A stretch of 64,000 bases of DNA. It comes from an uncultured Chloroflexia bacterium (lineage in GTDB: Bacteria > Chloroflexota > Anaerolineae > Promineifilales > UBA4811). The notes below the pieces were generated by a model that was given only the letters and a program-made list of their open reading frames with translations, made no database searches and was not told the DNA's origin. The stretch is from positions 19,538 to 83,537 of the forward strand of contig CAVOHX010000031.1 of the NCBI GenBank assembly GCA_963695825.1, written 5' to 3'. Position numbers and translations under genes: made by a program. Numbering within the stretch: position 1 is the stretch's first letter; each line of letters starts with the position of its first letter. Positions 1 to 9,016 of this stretch are shown here, piece by piece.

Positions 1-314
1 TGGGGGTACCCGAGAGCCGGATCAAGGCGTACGAGCAGGGACAGGAGCCGATGCCGCTGGCCGAGTTGGAGGCGCTGTCCGAATTCCTGCAGGAACCCCT
101 CGAGACCTTTGTCGATCAGGACTTTAATCCCCTGAATCGCCCTGTGGAAGAGAAACCGGCCGCCGAGTCCTACGATCAGCTTCCAGACGAGTTGCGCGGG
201 TTCGTGCTGGACCCGCTCAACGTCAACTACCTGCGCACCGCCTATCGCTTGAGCCAGACCTCGGCCGTTCAGTTACGCGGGCTTGCTGAGGCTTTGCTCG
301 AGATCACCTATTAG
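1..314 (+). CDS. C-terminal part of an XRE-type helix-turn-helix protein (5' end outside the window)
   Basis: The frame is open from nt 3. The translation GVPESRIKAYEQGQEP looks like the end of an XRE HTH domain and is followed by an acidic/Pro-rich linker. Stop at 312-314, 8 nt before the next gene. Confidence 0.45.
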   Translation, partial: GVPESRIKAYEQGQEPMPLAELEALSEFLQEPLETFVDQDFNPLNRPVEEKPAAESYDQLPDELRGFVLDPLNVNYLRTAYRLSQTSAVQLRGLAEALLEITY

Positions 315-322
315 GAGCCGTC

Positions 323-868
323 ATGTCCGAAACAGAAAACGCGCCCAAGATCAAGGAAAAAGGGTTGCAGCTTTTTAGGGATGGGATGTACCCGGAGGCG
401 TTGGAGGCTTTTGCCCAAGCACGCGACGCTTTCCTGGCAGAGGGTGACAAGCTCAGCGCGGCCGAGATGCTCAACAATATTGGGGTCATTCATCGGGTGG
501 AACGCAACAAGGCAAAAGCCGTCGCCGCGCTGCAAGAGGCACAGGCGGTTTTTGAAGAGTTGGGCGACCAGAGCCGGGTGGCCCAGACATTGGGGAACCT
601 TGCCAGCCTGCATGCCAAGGAAAAAGAGCGGGATGAGGCTGTGCTCTGTTACCGCCAGGCCATCGAGATCTTTGCAACTTTGGGCGATGGGGACCGGCAA
701 GGGGAGACGCTGTTGGCGCTCAGTAGCGTCCAAATGAAACAAAAGAGGTGGGGGGAGGCGATGGCGACCTACCACCAGGGATTGGCAGTGATGGAACGCC
801 CCTCGATCCTGCAAAAGCTACTGTTGCGTCTGCTCGAGGTGGCGTTGAACCTGATGAAGCGACAATAA
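323..868 (+). CDS. Tetratricopeptide-repeat (TPR) protein, 181 aa
   Basis: Intact ORF with four or five ~34-aa repeats carrying the TPR signature (A..Y..A...F...GD......L.N.G). Followed by a terminator. Confidence 0.75.
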   Translation: MSETENAPKIKEKGLQLFRDGMYPEALEAFAQARDAFLAEGDKLSAAEMLNNIGVIHRVERNKAKAVAALQEAQAVFEELGDQSRVAQTLGNLASLHAKEKERDEAVLCYRQAIEIFATLGDGDRQGETLLALSSVQMKQKRWGEAMATYHQGLAVMERPSILQKLLLRLLEVALNLMKRQ

Positions 869-872
869 AAAG

Positions 873-902
873 AGGCCTCACCCAATCGGGTGAGGCCTTT
901 TT
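873..902. terminator. Rho-independent terminator between convergent genes
   Basis: Perfect 11-bp stem aggcctcaccc (873-883) / gggtgaggcct (888-898), 4-nt loop, then TTTT at 899-902. An A-rich tract on the other side also suits the minus-strand EF-G gene. Confidence 0.7.
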
Positions 903-934
903 GGTGAGAACCCGCGACAACGGCGCGGGTTTTA

Positions 935-2998
935 TTATGCCTCTTCTCTTTCGCGCCTGATCTTTTCGATGATTTCTTGCTGGATATGCGTGGGAACCTG
1001 CTCATTGTGGGAGAATTCGAGGGTATAATACCCCCGCCCACCGGTGAATGAGCGCAGGTCGTTAGCATAGCGTTGTATCTCAGAAAGGGGCACCTGGGCG
1101 TGGATAACCCCCTTGGTCCCTTCCTGCTCCATTCCCTGAACCCGGGCGCGGCGCGTGTTCAGGTCGCCAATCGTGTCGCCCATGTTTTCCGCTGGTATTA
1201 CCACCGTGACATTGTAGATCGGCTCCAACAACACTGGGCCGGCGCCCAGAACGGCCAGCTTGAACACTTCACGTCCAGCTATCTGAAAGGCGATGTCCTT
1301 TGAATCGACCGGGTGCTCTTTGCCATCAAAGACGGCCGCCCGCACATCTACCACCGGATAGCCAGCCACTACGCCCTGGTTCATCACCTGCTTGATGCCT
1401 TTTTCGATAGAGGGGATAAAAGAGCCCGAAATGCGGCCGCCATAGATCTCGTTAGCGTATTCAAAGCCCTCACCGCGCTCGCGTGGCTCTACGCGCAGGT
1501 GTACCTCGGCGAACTGGCCCGCGCCGCCAGTCTGTTTCTTGTGGCGATATTGGGTGGAATGGCTCCTGGTGATTGTCTCCTGGTAGGGGACTTTGGGTAC
1601 CGCCGTGTCGAGAACAGTGCCAAAACGCCCCTCTGCCCGCTTGATCGCCACGTCCAGGTGAACCTCTCCCATGCCCGAAAGAATAGTCTCTTTGGTGATG
1701 CCGTCCATGCGCCAGGTCAGGGTGGGATCCTCGTCGGCGAGCCGATTGAGCGCTACCGCCATCTTGGCCTGATCCGCCTGGGTGTGCGGATGTACCGACG
1801 CCTCGTAAACCGCCGTGGGGTAGGTCGCCAACGCCATGGTCAGCGGGTGCCCCTTGTCGCACAGGGTGTCGGCCGTTTCCGTCTTGCCCAGCTTGACCAC
1901 CGAGCCAATGTCCCCGGCATAAAGCCGGGGGACGGGCAATGCTTCCTTGCCTCGCGTGGTGTACACCTGGCCCAGCCGTTCCTCGGCGTCCTTGTTGATG
2001 TTATGGGCGCGGTTGTCCGATTCGACCGTGCCGGAAAAGACGCGCAAGAAGGAGCGTTTCCCGTATTGGTCGGTGTAGGTCTTGAACACGAGCGCTGCCA
2101 GCGGGGCGCTGCTGTCGGCGACCACCTCTGCAGGGCCGGTTATACCTTCGGCCGTGTCTGGCCTGACCGCGGCCGGCGAAGGCAGCAGATCGATCACCGT
2201 CTCTAGCATCGGAATGACGCCCACGTTGGCCGACGCGGAGACAAAACAGACGGGGACCACGTTGCCCGCCTTGATGGCCGCTCGAAGACCGAACTTGATC
2301 TCTTGGCCGGTCAGTTCCTCTTCCTCGAAATACTTCATGATCAGGCTGTCGTCGCCCTCGGCGGCGGTCTCGACCAGTTTTTCTCGCCATTCGGCCGCGG
2401 CTTCCAACACGTCGGCCGGGGCATCGCCCAACTCGCCCTTGGCGCCCATCCGCGCCTTCATCGTGATGAGGTCCAATACCCCGCTCAAGGATTGCTCTTT
2501 CCCGATGGGCAAGAACAGCGGGACGAATTCCGCGTCAAAGGCGTCGGACAGGACGCTTAACGCCGTCTGGTAGTTGGCGTTGTCGCGATCCATCTTGGTC
2601 ACGATTGCCATGCGCGGCAGGCTGCGCTCATCCGCATAGCCCCACACCAGTTCCGTCCCAACTTCGACTCCCGAGACCGCGTCTATCACCACCAACGCAC
2701 CTTCGACGACACGAAGCGAGTTCTTGACCTCGCCCACAAAGTCCAGGAACCCCGGTGTGTCGAGCACGTTGATCTTGTGGCCCTGCCACTCCACTGGAAT
2801 CAAGGAGCTGCTGAGTGAGAGACCACGGCGAGTTTCTTCCTCGTCAAAGTCGGAGACTGTGGAGCCGTCTTCCACCTTGCCCATCCTGGTGGTGACCCCG
2901 GTGTCATACAGCATCGCCTCGGTTAGCAACGTTTTGCCAGATCCGCCATGCCCGATCAGGGCGATATTACGGATTTGATCGGTTTTGTACTCTTTCAT
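935..2998 (-). CDS. fusA: Elongation factor G family GTPase (stand-alone EF-G paralog, not in an str operon context)
   Basis: 687 aa counted from MKEYKTDQIRNIALIGHGGSGKT (G1), with DTPGF (G3) and TKMD (G4), colinear with EF-G domains II-V. I chose the ATG at 2998 rather than the ORF-track start at 3043. Confidence 0.9.
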   Translation of the reverse strand: MKEYKTDQIRNIALIGHGGSGKTLLTEAMLYDTGVTTRMGKVEDGSTVSDFDEEETRRGLSLSSSLIPVEWQGHKINVLDTPGFLDFVGEVKNSLRVVEGALVVIDAVSGVEVGTELVWGYADERSLPRMAIVTKMDRDNANYQTALSVLSDAFDAEFVPLFLPIGKEQSLSGVLDLITMKARMGAKGELGDAPADVLEAAAEWREKLVETAAEGDDSLIMKYFEEEELTGQEIKFGLRAAIKAGNVVPVCFVSASANVGVIPMLETVIDLLPSPAAVRPDTAEGITGPAEVVADSSAPLAALVFKTYTDQYGKRSFLRVFSGTVESDNRAHNINKDAEERLGQVYTTRGKEALPVPRLYAGDIGSVVKLGKTETADTLCDKGHPLTMALATYPTAVYEASVHPHTQADQAKMAVALNRLADEDPTLTWRMDGITKETILSGMGEVHLDVAIKRAEGRFGTVLDTAVPKVPYQETITRSHSTQYRHKKQTGGAGQFAEVHLRVEPRERGEGFEYANEIYGGRISGSFIPSIEKGIKQVMNQGVVAGYPVVDVRAAVFDGKEHPVDSKDIAFQIAGREVFKLAVLGAGPVLLEPIYNVTVVIPAENMGDTIGDLNTRRARVQGMEQEGTKGVIHAQVPLSEIQRYANDLRSFTGGRGYYTLEFSHNEQVPTHIQQEIIEKIRREREEA

Positions 2999-3122
2999 CT
3001 TGCCAGCGTCTCCCGTTGGTCTCCTGCTCCCGATAAAAAACATGCAAAGAGGGAGCGTCCTGATCCGCCGCTCCCCCTCTCAACTCGATAGGTATCGTAT
3101 TCTTTTTCCGTTGAGCACGGCA

Positions 3123-3151
3123 ATTTTAGTCCAAAGAGAACGAGTTGTCAA
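3123..3151 (-). promoter_or_regulatory. Sigma-70-like promoter for the EF-G paralog
   Basis: The minus strand reads TTGACA (3151-3146), a 17-nt spacer, then TAAAAT (3128-3123), about 125 nt upstream of the ATG at 2998. Confidence 0.5.
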
Positions 3152-3164
3152 CGCGCGTTCTGCG

Positions 3165-3197
3165 AAAAAAGAACCAGGTCCACACGGGACTTGGTTC
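3165..3197 (-). terminator. Rho-independent terminator for the upstream membrane-protein gene
   Basis: On the minus strand an 11-bp stem (one mismatch) pairs 3187-3197 with 3171-3181 around a 4-nt loop, followed by TTTTTT (plus-strand A run 3165-3170). Confidence 0.5.
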
Positions 3198-3292
3198 CAC
3201 GCTCATGACCCAGGTAGCTGGGCGTCAGAGCGCTGAATGTGAGTGACCTGCGGCCGGCGATGGGCCGGCGTGAGGACCCGAGCGGGGTCCAG

Positions 3293-3784
3293 CTACTGCA
3301 CGCGGGACCAAGAGGGTTCGATCTCTTCCAACCACTCCCCGATGTAGGGGTACTTGGTGTCTTGGCCGCGGCCCACCTCCACCGCCGCATAGACCCCATA
3401 TCCCGCCATCGCCAGGGGAAAGGAGAGTGCAAAGAATACCATGACGAGGGTGATGACCAAGGCGACCGGCATCAATAGGATGCCCACCAGCAATACCGTG
3501 AGCAACCCCGCGACCAACCAGGCAACCACTGTCAGGAGAATGAGCACGACCAGCGCGATGGCATAGACGATAAGCCCGATCAACTGGAACGCGGCCGCTT
3601 GCAAAGCGTGAAAAGCGACATACCGTGACCTGTCACGAAAGGCAACATAGATGCCAAGCGGGATGAGCGCCAGGAAAATGACCCCCAAGCCACCGGTCGC
3701 AATTCCTACCAGGACTGACAGCAAGGTGCTGGCGTGGGCGATAGCCGCCCAATTCCGCTCTTCGGCAGTGATCGACGCATCCAT
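3293..3784 (-). CDS. DUF4870-like small multi-pass membrane protein
   Basis: The N-terminus MDASITAEERNWAAIAHASTLL is followed by four hydrophobic helices, as I remember for the DUF4870 family. GGAGG lies 6-7 nt upstream of the ATG at 3784. Confidence 0.6.
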   Translation of the reverse strand: MDASITAEERNWAAIAHASTLLSVLVGIATGGLGVIFLALIPLGIYVAFRDRSRYVAFHALQAAAFQLIGLIVYAIALVVLILLTVVAWLVAGLLTVLLVGILLMPVALVITLVMVFFALSFPLAMAGYGVYAAVEVGRGQDTKYPYIGEWLEEIEPSWSRVQ

Positions 3785-4009
3785 CGTAGAACCTCCATTC
3801 TTGGTCCACCCAACGACCGCCGTCGGCCAGGAACCGTTTCGCTGGGAGCTGACCAGGCTGACATCGGGCGTATGTTGACCAACGTATCTGTCCATTGTAT
3901 CCTCTGTATCTCATACTACGCAGCTCACCCCCTGGGGTTGCAGCTTTTCCATGGGCTGGGGTATGGGTTATAATACGGCATCGATGGGTTTGCGGATGGA
4001 AAGAGGATC

Positions 4010-4207
4010 ATGGTGACCAAGCGGCACATTGGTTTGGGCCTGCTGGCCCTGGGGGGCGCGGCGGTCATCGGCATCCTGGCGGTGGACTGGGTCGGCGCCG
4101 GCGAGTTCGCTGGGCTGGGCCCGGCCCAACGAATGGCGTTGGTGGGCGGTGTCCTGGTCGCACTGTTGGGTCTCAGCTTGATCCCTCTGGGGGATCGCCC
4201 TGCATGA
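4010..4207 (+). CDS. Small two-helix membrane protein, 65 aa
   Basis: AGAGGA lies upstream of the ATG. The protein has two hydrophobic segments. Its stop overlaps the next start as ATGA (4204-4207), suggesting translational coupling. Confidence 0.4.
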   Translation: MVTKRHIGLGLLALGGAAVIGILAVDWVGAGEFAGLGPAQRMALVGGVLVALLGLSLIPLGDRPA

Positions 4208-5889
4208 ACCAGAGCGTCGCGCGTAGCATCCAGGTTCTGGCGGCGTTGCTCGTCGCCCTTGCATTGCTCGTTTTTGTCGTTTACCTGCTGGTGTATGTCA
4301 GTTATGCGTTGGCGCTCTTTCGCTTCCCGTTTGACTATGACCAGGGTGAAGGATTCGAGTTGATGGACACGGTGCTGTTTAGCCGCGGGGAGTGGCCGTA
4401 CCGCGACAATAGCAGCTACCCGTTTTACTCTTCCAACTACCCGCCCCTGTTTCACTTGCTGATCGTGCCGCTGGTCTGGCTATTTGGCCCGCAATACTGG
4501 ACCGGCCGATTGGTCTCCTTTATGGCCACGCTGATCACCGCGGGAGCCATTGGCTGGGCGGTGCATCGACACGCGCGCCGCCCCTGGCTGGCGGCGCTCA
4601 GCGGGCTGGCCTATCTGGCCTCCAACTATGTCTACCACGTGGGGCCTTTGTTCCGGCTGCACATGACGATGGTCATGTTCGAGACCCTTGCCGTTGTCGT
4701 GATCGGCGCCGCTGCCCGGCGGTCCCCGTTTCGCGAGCCAGACCCCAAGGTGGTCAGGGCACAAGGCGGCCCTCTGAGAGCGTTGCTCAAGGAACGATGG
4801 GACTGGGGCAATCCGCTCCTTTGGCTGGGGTTGGGTTTGCTGTTGGCGGCTGGCTTTACCAAACAGACCGCCATTGTCACGGTGGCGGCCGTGTTCATGT
4901 TTCTATTCGTGCGCGGCCCCAAGCGGTCGATGCTGTTGGCAATTCCGTTCGCCATGGCAGCGGTGGTGCTCTTTGGGCTGATCAATCTGGCGACAGATGG
5001 GCAATGGTGGCTCAATACCATCGTGGCTAACGCCAATCCGTGGTTGATGGACCAGGCATTAGGGCTCTACCGGCAGTGGTTCCAGCTCCACATGGTGCTC
5101 GCACTGTTGGCGACCGGCGCTGCGCTCTATGAGCTATACTGGGGCCGGTTGTCGATCTATGCAATCTGGTTGGTCTCGTCCGTGATTGGCAGCGTAATGG
5201 CGGGCAAGTGGGGCGCGGGCGAGTCCTATTTTGCCACCGCCATCGCCGGCTCGTGCATTCTCGCCGGTCTGGGTCTCGGCCGGTTGCTCGATTGGACGCA
5301 GGCATCCCGTCCGCGTGCATACGCCGCGCTCAGCATTGTCGTCCCGCTGCTCTTTCTGGTGCAGGCGCAATTGGTTTTCCACATGCCCACTTACACAGCC
5401 GTCGGGCGGGCGCTGGCTCGTTTTGTGGGACGACCGGCCGAGGCGATGGCGCCGCCGCAGACGTCGTGCTCTGCGCCCCGTCCGGCGCGCCCCGTCCCCT
5501 ATGTGGATAGCGTCGGCGCTACCCTCCTGGGCAAGCCGCCAACCAGGGCGGACGCAGCCGCCGGGAAGCGTATCGCCGCCTATGTCGCTGCGGCCGCCGG
5601 ACCGGCGCTCAGCGAGGAGGCCGGGTTCTCGTTTTATGCCGGCGCCGACGTGGTGACCAACCCGACCCAGTTGCTCAATCTCTATAACAACGGGCAGTTG
5701 GAAATGGACGAGCTGTTAGCCATGATTGACCGACAAGCATTTGGCGTGGTCATCTTTCGCGCGGAGTTTTACCCGGGGCCGGTCTTGCAGGCGATCGGGC
5801 AACGATACCAGACCGTGGAGACGATCGAGATGAACAACTTTGTCTACTGCGTGCTCGAACCGCGCCCGTTGGCAGAGGTGACCAGGTGA
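4204..5889 (+). CDS. GT-C fold membrane glycosyltransferase (ArnT/PMT, GT39-like)
   Basis: About 560 aa with many TM helices, an acidic first-loop motif FPFDYDQGEGFE, and a soluble C-terminal domain. I use the ATG at 4204; the 103-aa N-terminal extension in the ORF track overlaps the small upstream gene. Confidence 0.6.
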   Translation: MNQSVARSIQVLAALLVALALLVFVVYLLVYVSYALALFRFPFDYDQGEGFELMDTVLFSRGEWPYRDNSSYPFYSSNYPPLFHLLIVPLVWLFGPQYWTGRLVSFMATLITAGAIGWAVHRHARRPWLAALSGLAYLASNYVYHVGPLFRLHMTMVMFETLAVVVIGAAARRSPFREPDPKVVRAQGGPLRALLKERWDWGNPLLWLGLGLLLAAGFTKQTAIVTVAAVFMFLFVRGPKRSMLLAIPFAMAAVVLFGLINLATDGQWWLNTIVANANPWLMDQALGLYRQWFQLHMVLALLATGAALYELYWGRLSIYAIWLVSSVIGSVMAGKWGAGESYFATAIAGSCILAGLGLGRLLDWTQASRPRAYAALSIVVPLLFLVQAQLVFHMPTYTAVGRALARFVGRPAEAMAPPQTSCSAPRPARPVPYVDSVGATLLGKPPTRADAAAGKRIAAYVAAAAGPALSEEAGFSFYAGADVVTNPTQLLNLYNNGQLEMDELLAMIDRQAFGVVIFRAEFYPGPVLQAIGQRYQTVETIEMNNFVYCVLEPRPLAEVTR

Positions 5890-6434
5890 CCGATCGTCAG
5901 ACCAGTCCTTGCCCACGCTGCGATGCCCCGATCACCATTCCTGACGAACCTGGCGTGGTGCATTGCGACGGTTGCGGCGCGGCGCACGATTTGAGCAGGG
6001 TGCTCTGTCCGGATTGTGGGTTGGTCAACCCGGCTGGCCGACGCTCATGTGCGCATTGCAGGGGGAGCCTGGTGCGCACGTGCCCGCACTGCGATCGAGA
6101 GAGTTGGGCGGGCGCAGAGCTGTGTGCGGGTTGCGGCCGACCGATCGACCTGCTGGAGCGCATGACTCAGGCGCGCGTGCGGGACGCCCGCCAGCGAATG
6201 CTGGCTCTGCAGCAGGACGCGCTACAGATCAAACAACGGGAGACGGCCGAGGCCGAGGCGCGCATGGCCCACTTTCGCGAACTGGAACGCCAGCGGTTGG
6301 CGGCGGTGCAGGCGCGCGCCGCCCGTCAACAGGAGCAGCAGCGGCGAACACTGGGCGCTATTCTGCTGGCGACCCTGGTCGTTTTTCTACTGGTGAGCGT
6401 CGTGCTGCTCGCCCTGTACCTCCGAGGCCCATGA
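5886..6434 (+). CDS. Triple zinc-ribbon / coiled-coil / C-terminal TM anchor protein
   Basis: Three CxxC...CxxC pairs, an R/Q/E/A-rich predicted coiled coil, and a terminal hydrophobic helix. The GTG start overlaps the upstream stop (GTGA) and the stop overlaps the scpA ATG (ATGA). Confidence 0.6.
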   Translation: MTDRQTSPCPRCDAPITIPDEPGVVHCDGCGAAHDLSRVLCPDCGLVNPAGRRSCAHCRGSLVRTCPHCDRESWAGAELCAGCGRPIDLLERMTQARVRDARQRMLALQQDALQIKQRETAEAEARMAHFRELERQRLAAVQARAARQQEQQRRTLGAILLATLVVFLLVSVVLLALYLRGP

Positions 6435-7198
6435 AAGCCACCTACCGCGTCAGCCTGCCGGTCTTTGAGGGGCCCCTCGACCTGCTCCTTAGCTTGATTG
6501 AACGCGAGGAGCTCGAGATCACTGCGATTTCATTGGTCCAGGTGACCGACCAATACCTGGCCCGCTTGGCCCAGGTCGAGGAGACCCGGCCGGACCTACT
6601 GGCGGATTTCTTGGTGATCGCCGCCCGGCTGATCCTGCTCAAGTCGCGGGCGCTGTTACCCCGGCCGCAAGGTATTGTCTCCGATGGCGAGCTGGACCCT
6701 GGGGAGAGTTTGGTGGAGCAGTTGCGCCTGTACAAGCGTTTCAAAGCCGCCGCCGACCAATTGGGAATCAGGCAGCAGCAAGGCTGGCGCACATTTATGC
6801 GACTGGCGCCGCCTCCCAAGGTGGAAGCGCGAGTGGATCTGTCAGAGGTGTCTGTAGGGGACCTGTTGGCGGCCGCTCAAGAAGCGCTGCAAGTGGCGCC
6901 CCCCGCACCGCCGGTGGATCAAGTGGTTTCTCCGGTACTCATCACCACCAAAGGGCAGATGGACATGATCCGCTTGCAGTTACAGGAAAAACCCCGTTTG
7001 GTGTTCCAAGAGATGCTGTCGGCCGCTGCCAGTCGGCTCGAAGTAGCTGTCACGCTGCTGGCGACGCTGGAGCTGCTCAAGCAGCACGAGGTCATCGTGT
7101 ACCAGGATGGTTTGTTCGGCCGCATCCTGATCGAATCATACCCCGTCCATGTCGCGTCCGCAGCGCGGGCGGACAGGTTCCAGACCACCGCCTCCTAG
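6431..7198 (+). CDS. scpA: Segregation and condensation protein A
   Basis: Starts MKATYRVSLPVFEGPLDLLLSLIEREELEITAISLVQVTDQYL, the typical ScpA N-terminus, and is about 255 aa long. Confidence 0.85.
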   Translation: MKATYRVSLPVFEGPLDLLLSLIEREELEITAISLVQVTDQYLARLAQVEETRPDLLADFLVIAARLILLKSRALLPRPQGIVSDGELDPGESLVEQLRLYKRFKAAADQLGIRQQQGWRTFMRLAPPPKVEARVDLSEVSVGDLLAAAQEALQVAPPAPPVDQVVSPVLITTKGQMDMIRLQLQEKPRLVFQEMLSAAASRLEVAVTLLATLELLKQHEVIVYQDGLFGRILIESYPVHVASAARADRFQTTAS

Positions 7199-7218
7199 AC
7201 TGCGTGTAGCGATCTGAC

Positions 7219-7247
7219 TGGACAAGGGACTGCAATTCAGCTATACT
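7219..7247 (+). promoter_or_regulatory. Sigma-70-like promoter upstream of the DUF362 gene
   Basis: TGGACA (7219-7224), 17-nt spacer, TATACT (7242-7247). An 8-bp GC hairpin (gcctcgcc...ggcgaggc) follows in the leader. Confidence 0.45.
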
Positions 7248-7309
7248 TTTTCTTACGTTGCCTCGCCCGGAATGTCCAGGCGAGGCGATGGTATTGTAAG
7301 GAGTGAATC

Positions 7310-8536
7310 ATGGCAGACTATCCCGGGAAAGGCCGGGTCGCCGTCCTGAAAACCACCCCTGAGACAGTGCTCGACGATTACGGGCAATTGCTCACCCTGG
7401 CCAATTACCAGGAGGTATTGCCCAAGGACAAGGAGACGCTTCTCAAGGTCAACATCTCCTGGCAGACCTGGTACCCGGCCTGTTCCACGGTCCCTTGGCA
7501 GATAGAAGGGGTCATACGGCAGATGCGGGATGATGGGTACAAGCGGCTCATCGCTGCCCACAACGAGACTGTGGTGGTCAACGCCTACGTGGGTGAGCGC
7601 AACAACAAACAGCGCCATGTGACCGACAAATACGGCATCCCCAGTTGGCATCTCTACGAACCCGAGTTCGAATGGGTGCGCTACGAGCCCAAAGAGCCTT
7701 TTCTGGTGCTGGACAAGATATACCCCGAAGGGGTGTACATCCCGCGCTGTTTTTACGATCGCAACATTGTCCATCTTCCGACCGTCAAGACCCACGTCTT
7801 TACGACCATTACCGGCGCGATGAAGAACGCCTTTGGCGGCTTGCTGAACAACCGTCGCCACTGGACCCACGGCGTGATCCACGAGACAGTGGTAGACCTG
7901 TTGCAGATTCAGCAGGATATCCACAGCGGGATCCTGGCGGTGATGGATGGCACCTTTGCTGGTGATGGACCCGGGCCGCGCGCCATGCGCTGGCATGAAA
8001 AGGACGTCATCCTGGCCTCGGCCGATCAGGTCGCAATCGACGCCATCTCGGCCAAGCTTCAAGGATTCGATCCCATGTCCTTGCCCTTTATCCGATTGGC
8101 CCATGAACGCGGGCTGGGGGTAGGTGATCCGGCCGAGATCGAAATAGCAGGCTATGACATCGAGCAGGAACCGGCTTGGGACTTTTGTCAGACGGATACG
8201 TTTGCCAGCCGCGGCCAAAAGATGATATACCACGGCCGGCTCAAGCCGTTAGAGAGTACGTTGTTGCGCACACCGCTCGTCCCCTGGTCCTACTTTGCCA
8301 GCAACTTTTACCACAATGTCTATTGGTACCCTTTTGTCGGCCGCCAGCGGGTCGCAGCGGCGTTGGAGACAAAATGGGGCCAGCTTTTCAAACGCTATGC
8401 TGATGGCCACGTAGTGATGCCCGGTCTAGAGCCGCGCACCGTGGCGATCGCGGCCGGCGGAGTTGTTGCGGCGGGCGCGGCGCTCCTTCTAGGCAACCGC
8501 CTGCGGGGCAACCGTGGCGGCCGCGACCAGGAATAG
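7310..8536 (+). CDS. DUF362 domain protein with a C-terminal hydrophobic tail
   Basis: Intact 408-aa ORF. The motifs PTVKTHVFTTITGAMKNAFGGL and MDGTFAGDGPGP match my memory of DUF362. Confidence 0.75.
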   Translation: MADYPGKGRVAVLKTTPETVLDDYGQLLTLANYQEVLPKDKETLLKVNISWQTWYPACSTVPWQIEGVIRQMRDDGYKRLIAAHNETVVVNAYVGERNNKQRHVTDKYGIPSWHLYEPEFEWVRYEPKEPFLVLDKIYPEGVYIPRCFYDRNIVHLPTVKTHVFTTITGAMKNAFGGLLNNRRHWTHGVIHETVVDLLQIQQDIHSGILAVMDGTFAGDGPGPRAMRWHEKDVILASADQVAIDAISAKLQGFDPMSLPFIRLAHERGLGVGDPAEIEIAGYDIEQEPAWDFCQTDTFASRGQKMIYHGRLKPLESTLLRTPLVPWSYFASNFYHNVYWYPFVGRQRVAAALETKWGQLFKRYADGHVVMPGLEPRTVAIAAGGVVAAGAALLLGNRLRGNRGGRDQE

Positions 8537-8546
8537 AGACCATATC

Positions 8547-9014
8547 ATGCATGATCGAGTACACTATCTAACCCCGGATGGATTGAAGAAGGTCCGGGAG
8601 GAATTGGAGCACCTGACCACGGTAAAGCGGCTGGAAATCGCGGAGCGACTGAGCTTTGCCATTCAGCAGGGTGACATCAGCGAGAACGCCGATTACGAGG
8701 TCGCCAAGGAAGAGCAGGCCTTTTACGAGATCAGGATCAAGGATCTAGAGTCCATCCTGCGCCGGGCCAGGATCATCGAGGATGACCTGCCCAACGACGA
8801 GGTGCAGGTGGGCAATCGGGTTACCATCATGGAACCGGGGTTTGAGCCCGAAACCTATCACATTGTGGGCTCGCCCGAGGCCGCACCCGAGACCGGCCGC
8901 ATCTCGTACGAATCGCCCGTGGGCGCCGCGCTGATCGGCCGGCGCGTCGGGGATACTGTGTCCGTAGAGACACCCGCCGGTGAACTGGCGCTCAAGATCG
9001 TGGAAATCGCTTGA
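8547..9014 (+). CDS. greA: Transcription elongation factor GreA
   Basis: Starts MHDRVHYLTPDGLKKVREELEHL; also has ENADYEVAKEEQAF and the C-terminal ISYESPVGAALIGRRVGD motif. Confidence 0.9.
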   Translation: MHDRVHYLTPDGLKKVREELEHLTTVKRLEIAERLSFAIQQGDISENADYEVAKEEQAFYEIRIKDLESILRRARIIEDDLPNDEVQVGNRVTIMEPGFEPETYHIVGSPEAAPETGRISYESPVGAALIGRRVGDTVSVETPAGELALKIVEIA

Positions 9015-9016
9015 AA

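Noticed and set aside
1313-2206. 297-aa plus-strand ORF inside the EF-G gene. Similar long antisense or out-of-frame ORFs occur at 7253-8233, 24384-25136, 27760-28674, 53308-54612, 55050-56069, 59237-60178 and 61716-62609.
   Set aside because: They lie opposite or out of frame to genes with strong homology-type evidence. Their translations are Arg/Pro/Gly/Ala-rich and low in complexity, which is typical of shadow ORFs in high-GC DNA. They have no RBS or motif support.
3895-4203. N-terminal 103-aa extension of the glycosyltransferase ORF. The 156-aa extension of the scpA ORF (5963-6430) is a similar case.
   Set aside because: The extensions are Gly/Arg/Pro-rich, overlap better-supported upstream genes in other frames, and the internal starts give canonical N-termini with 4-nt start/stop overlaps.
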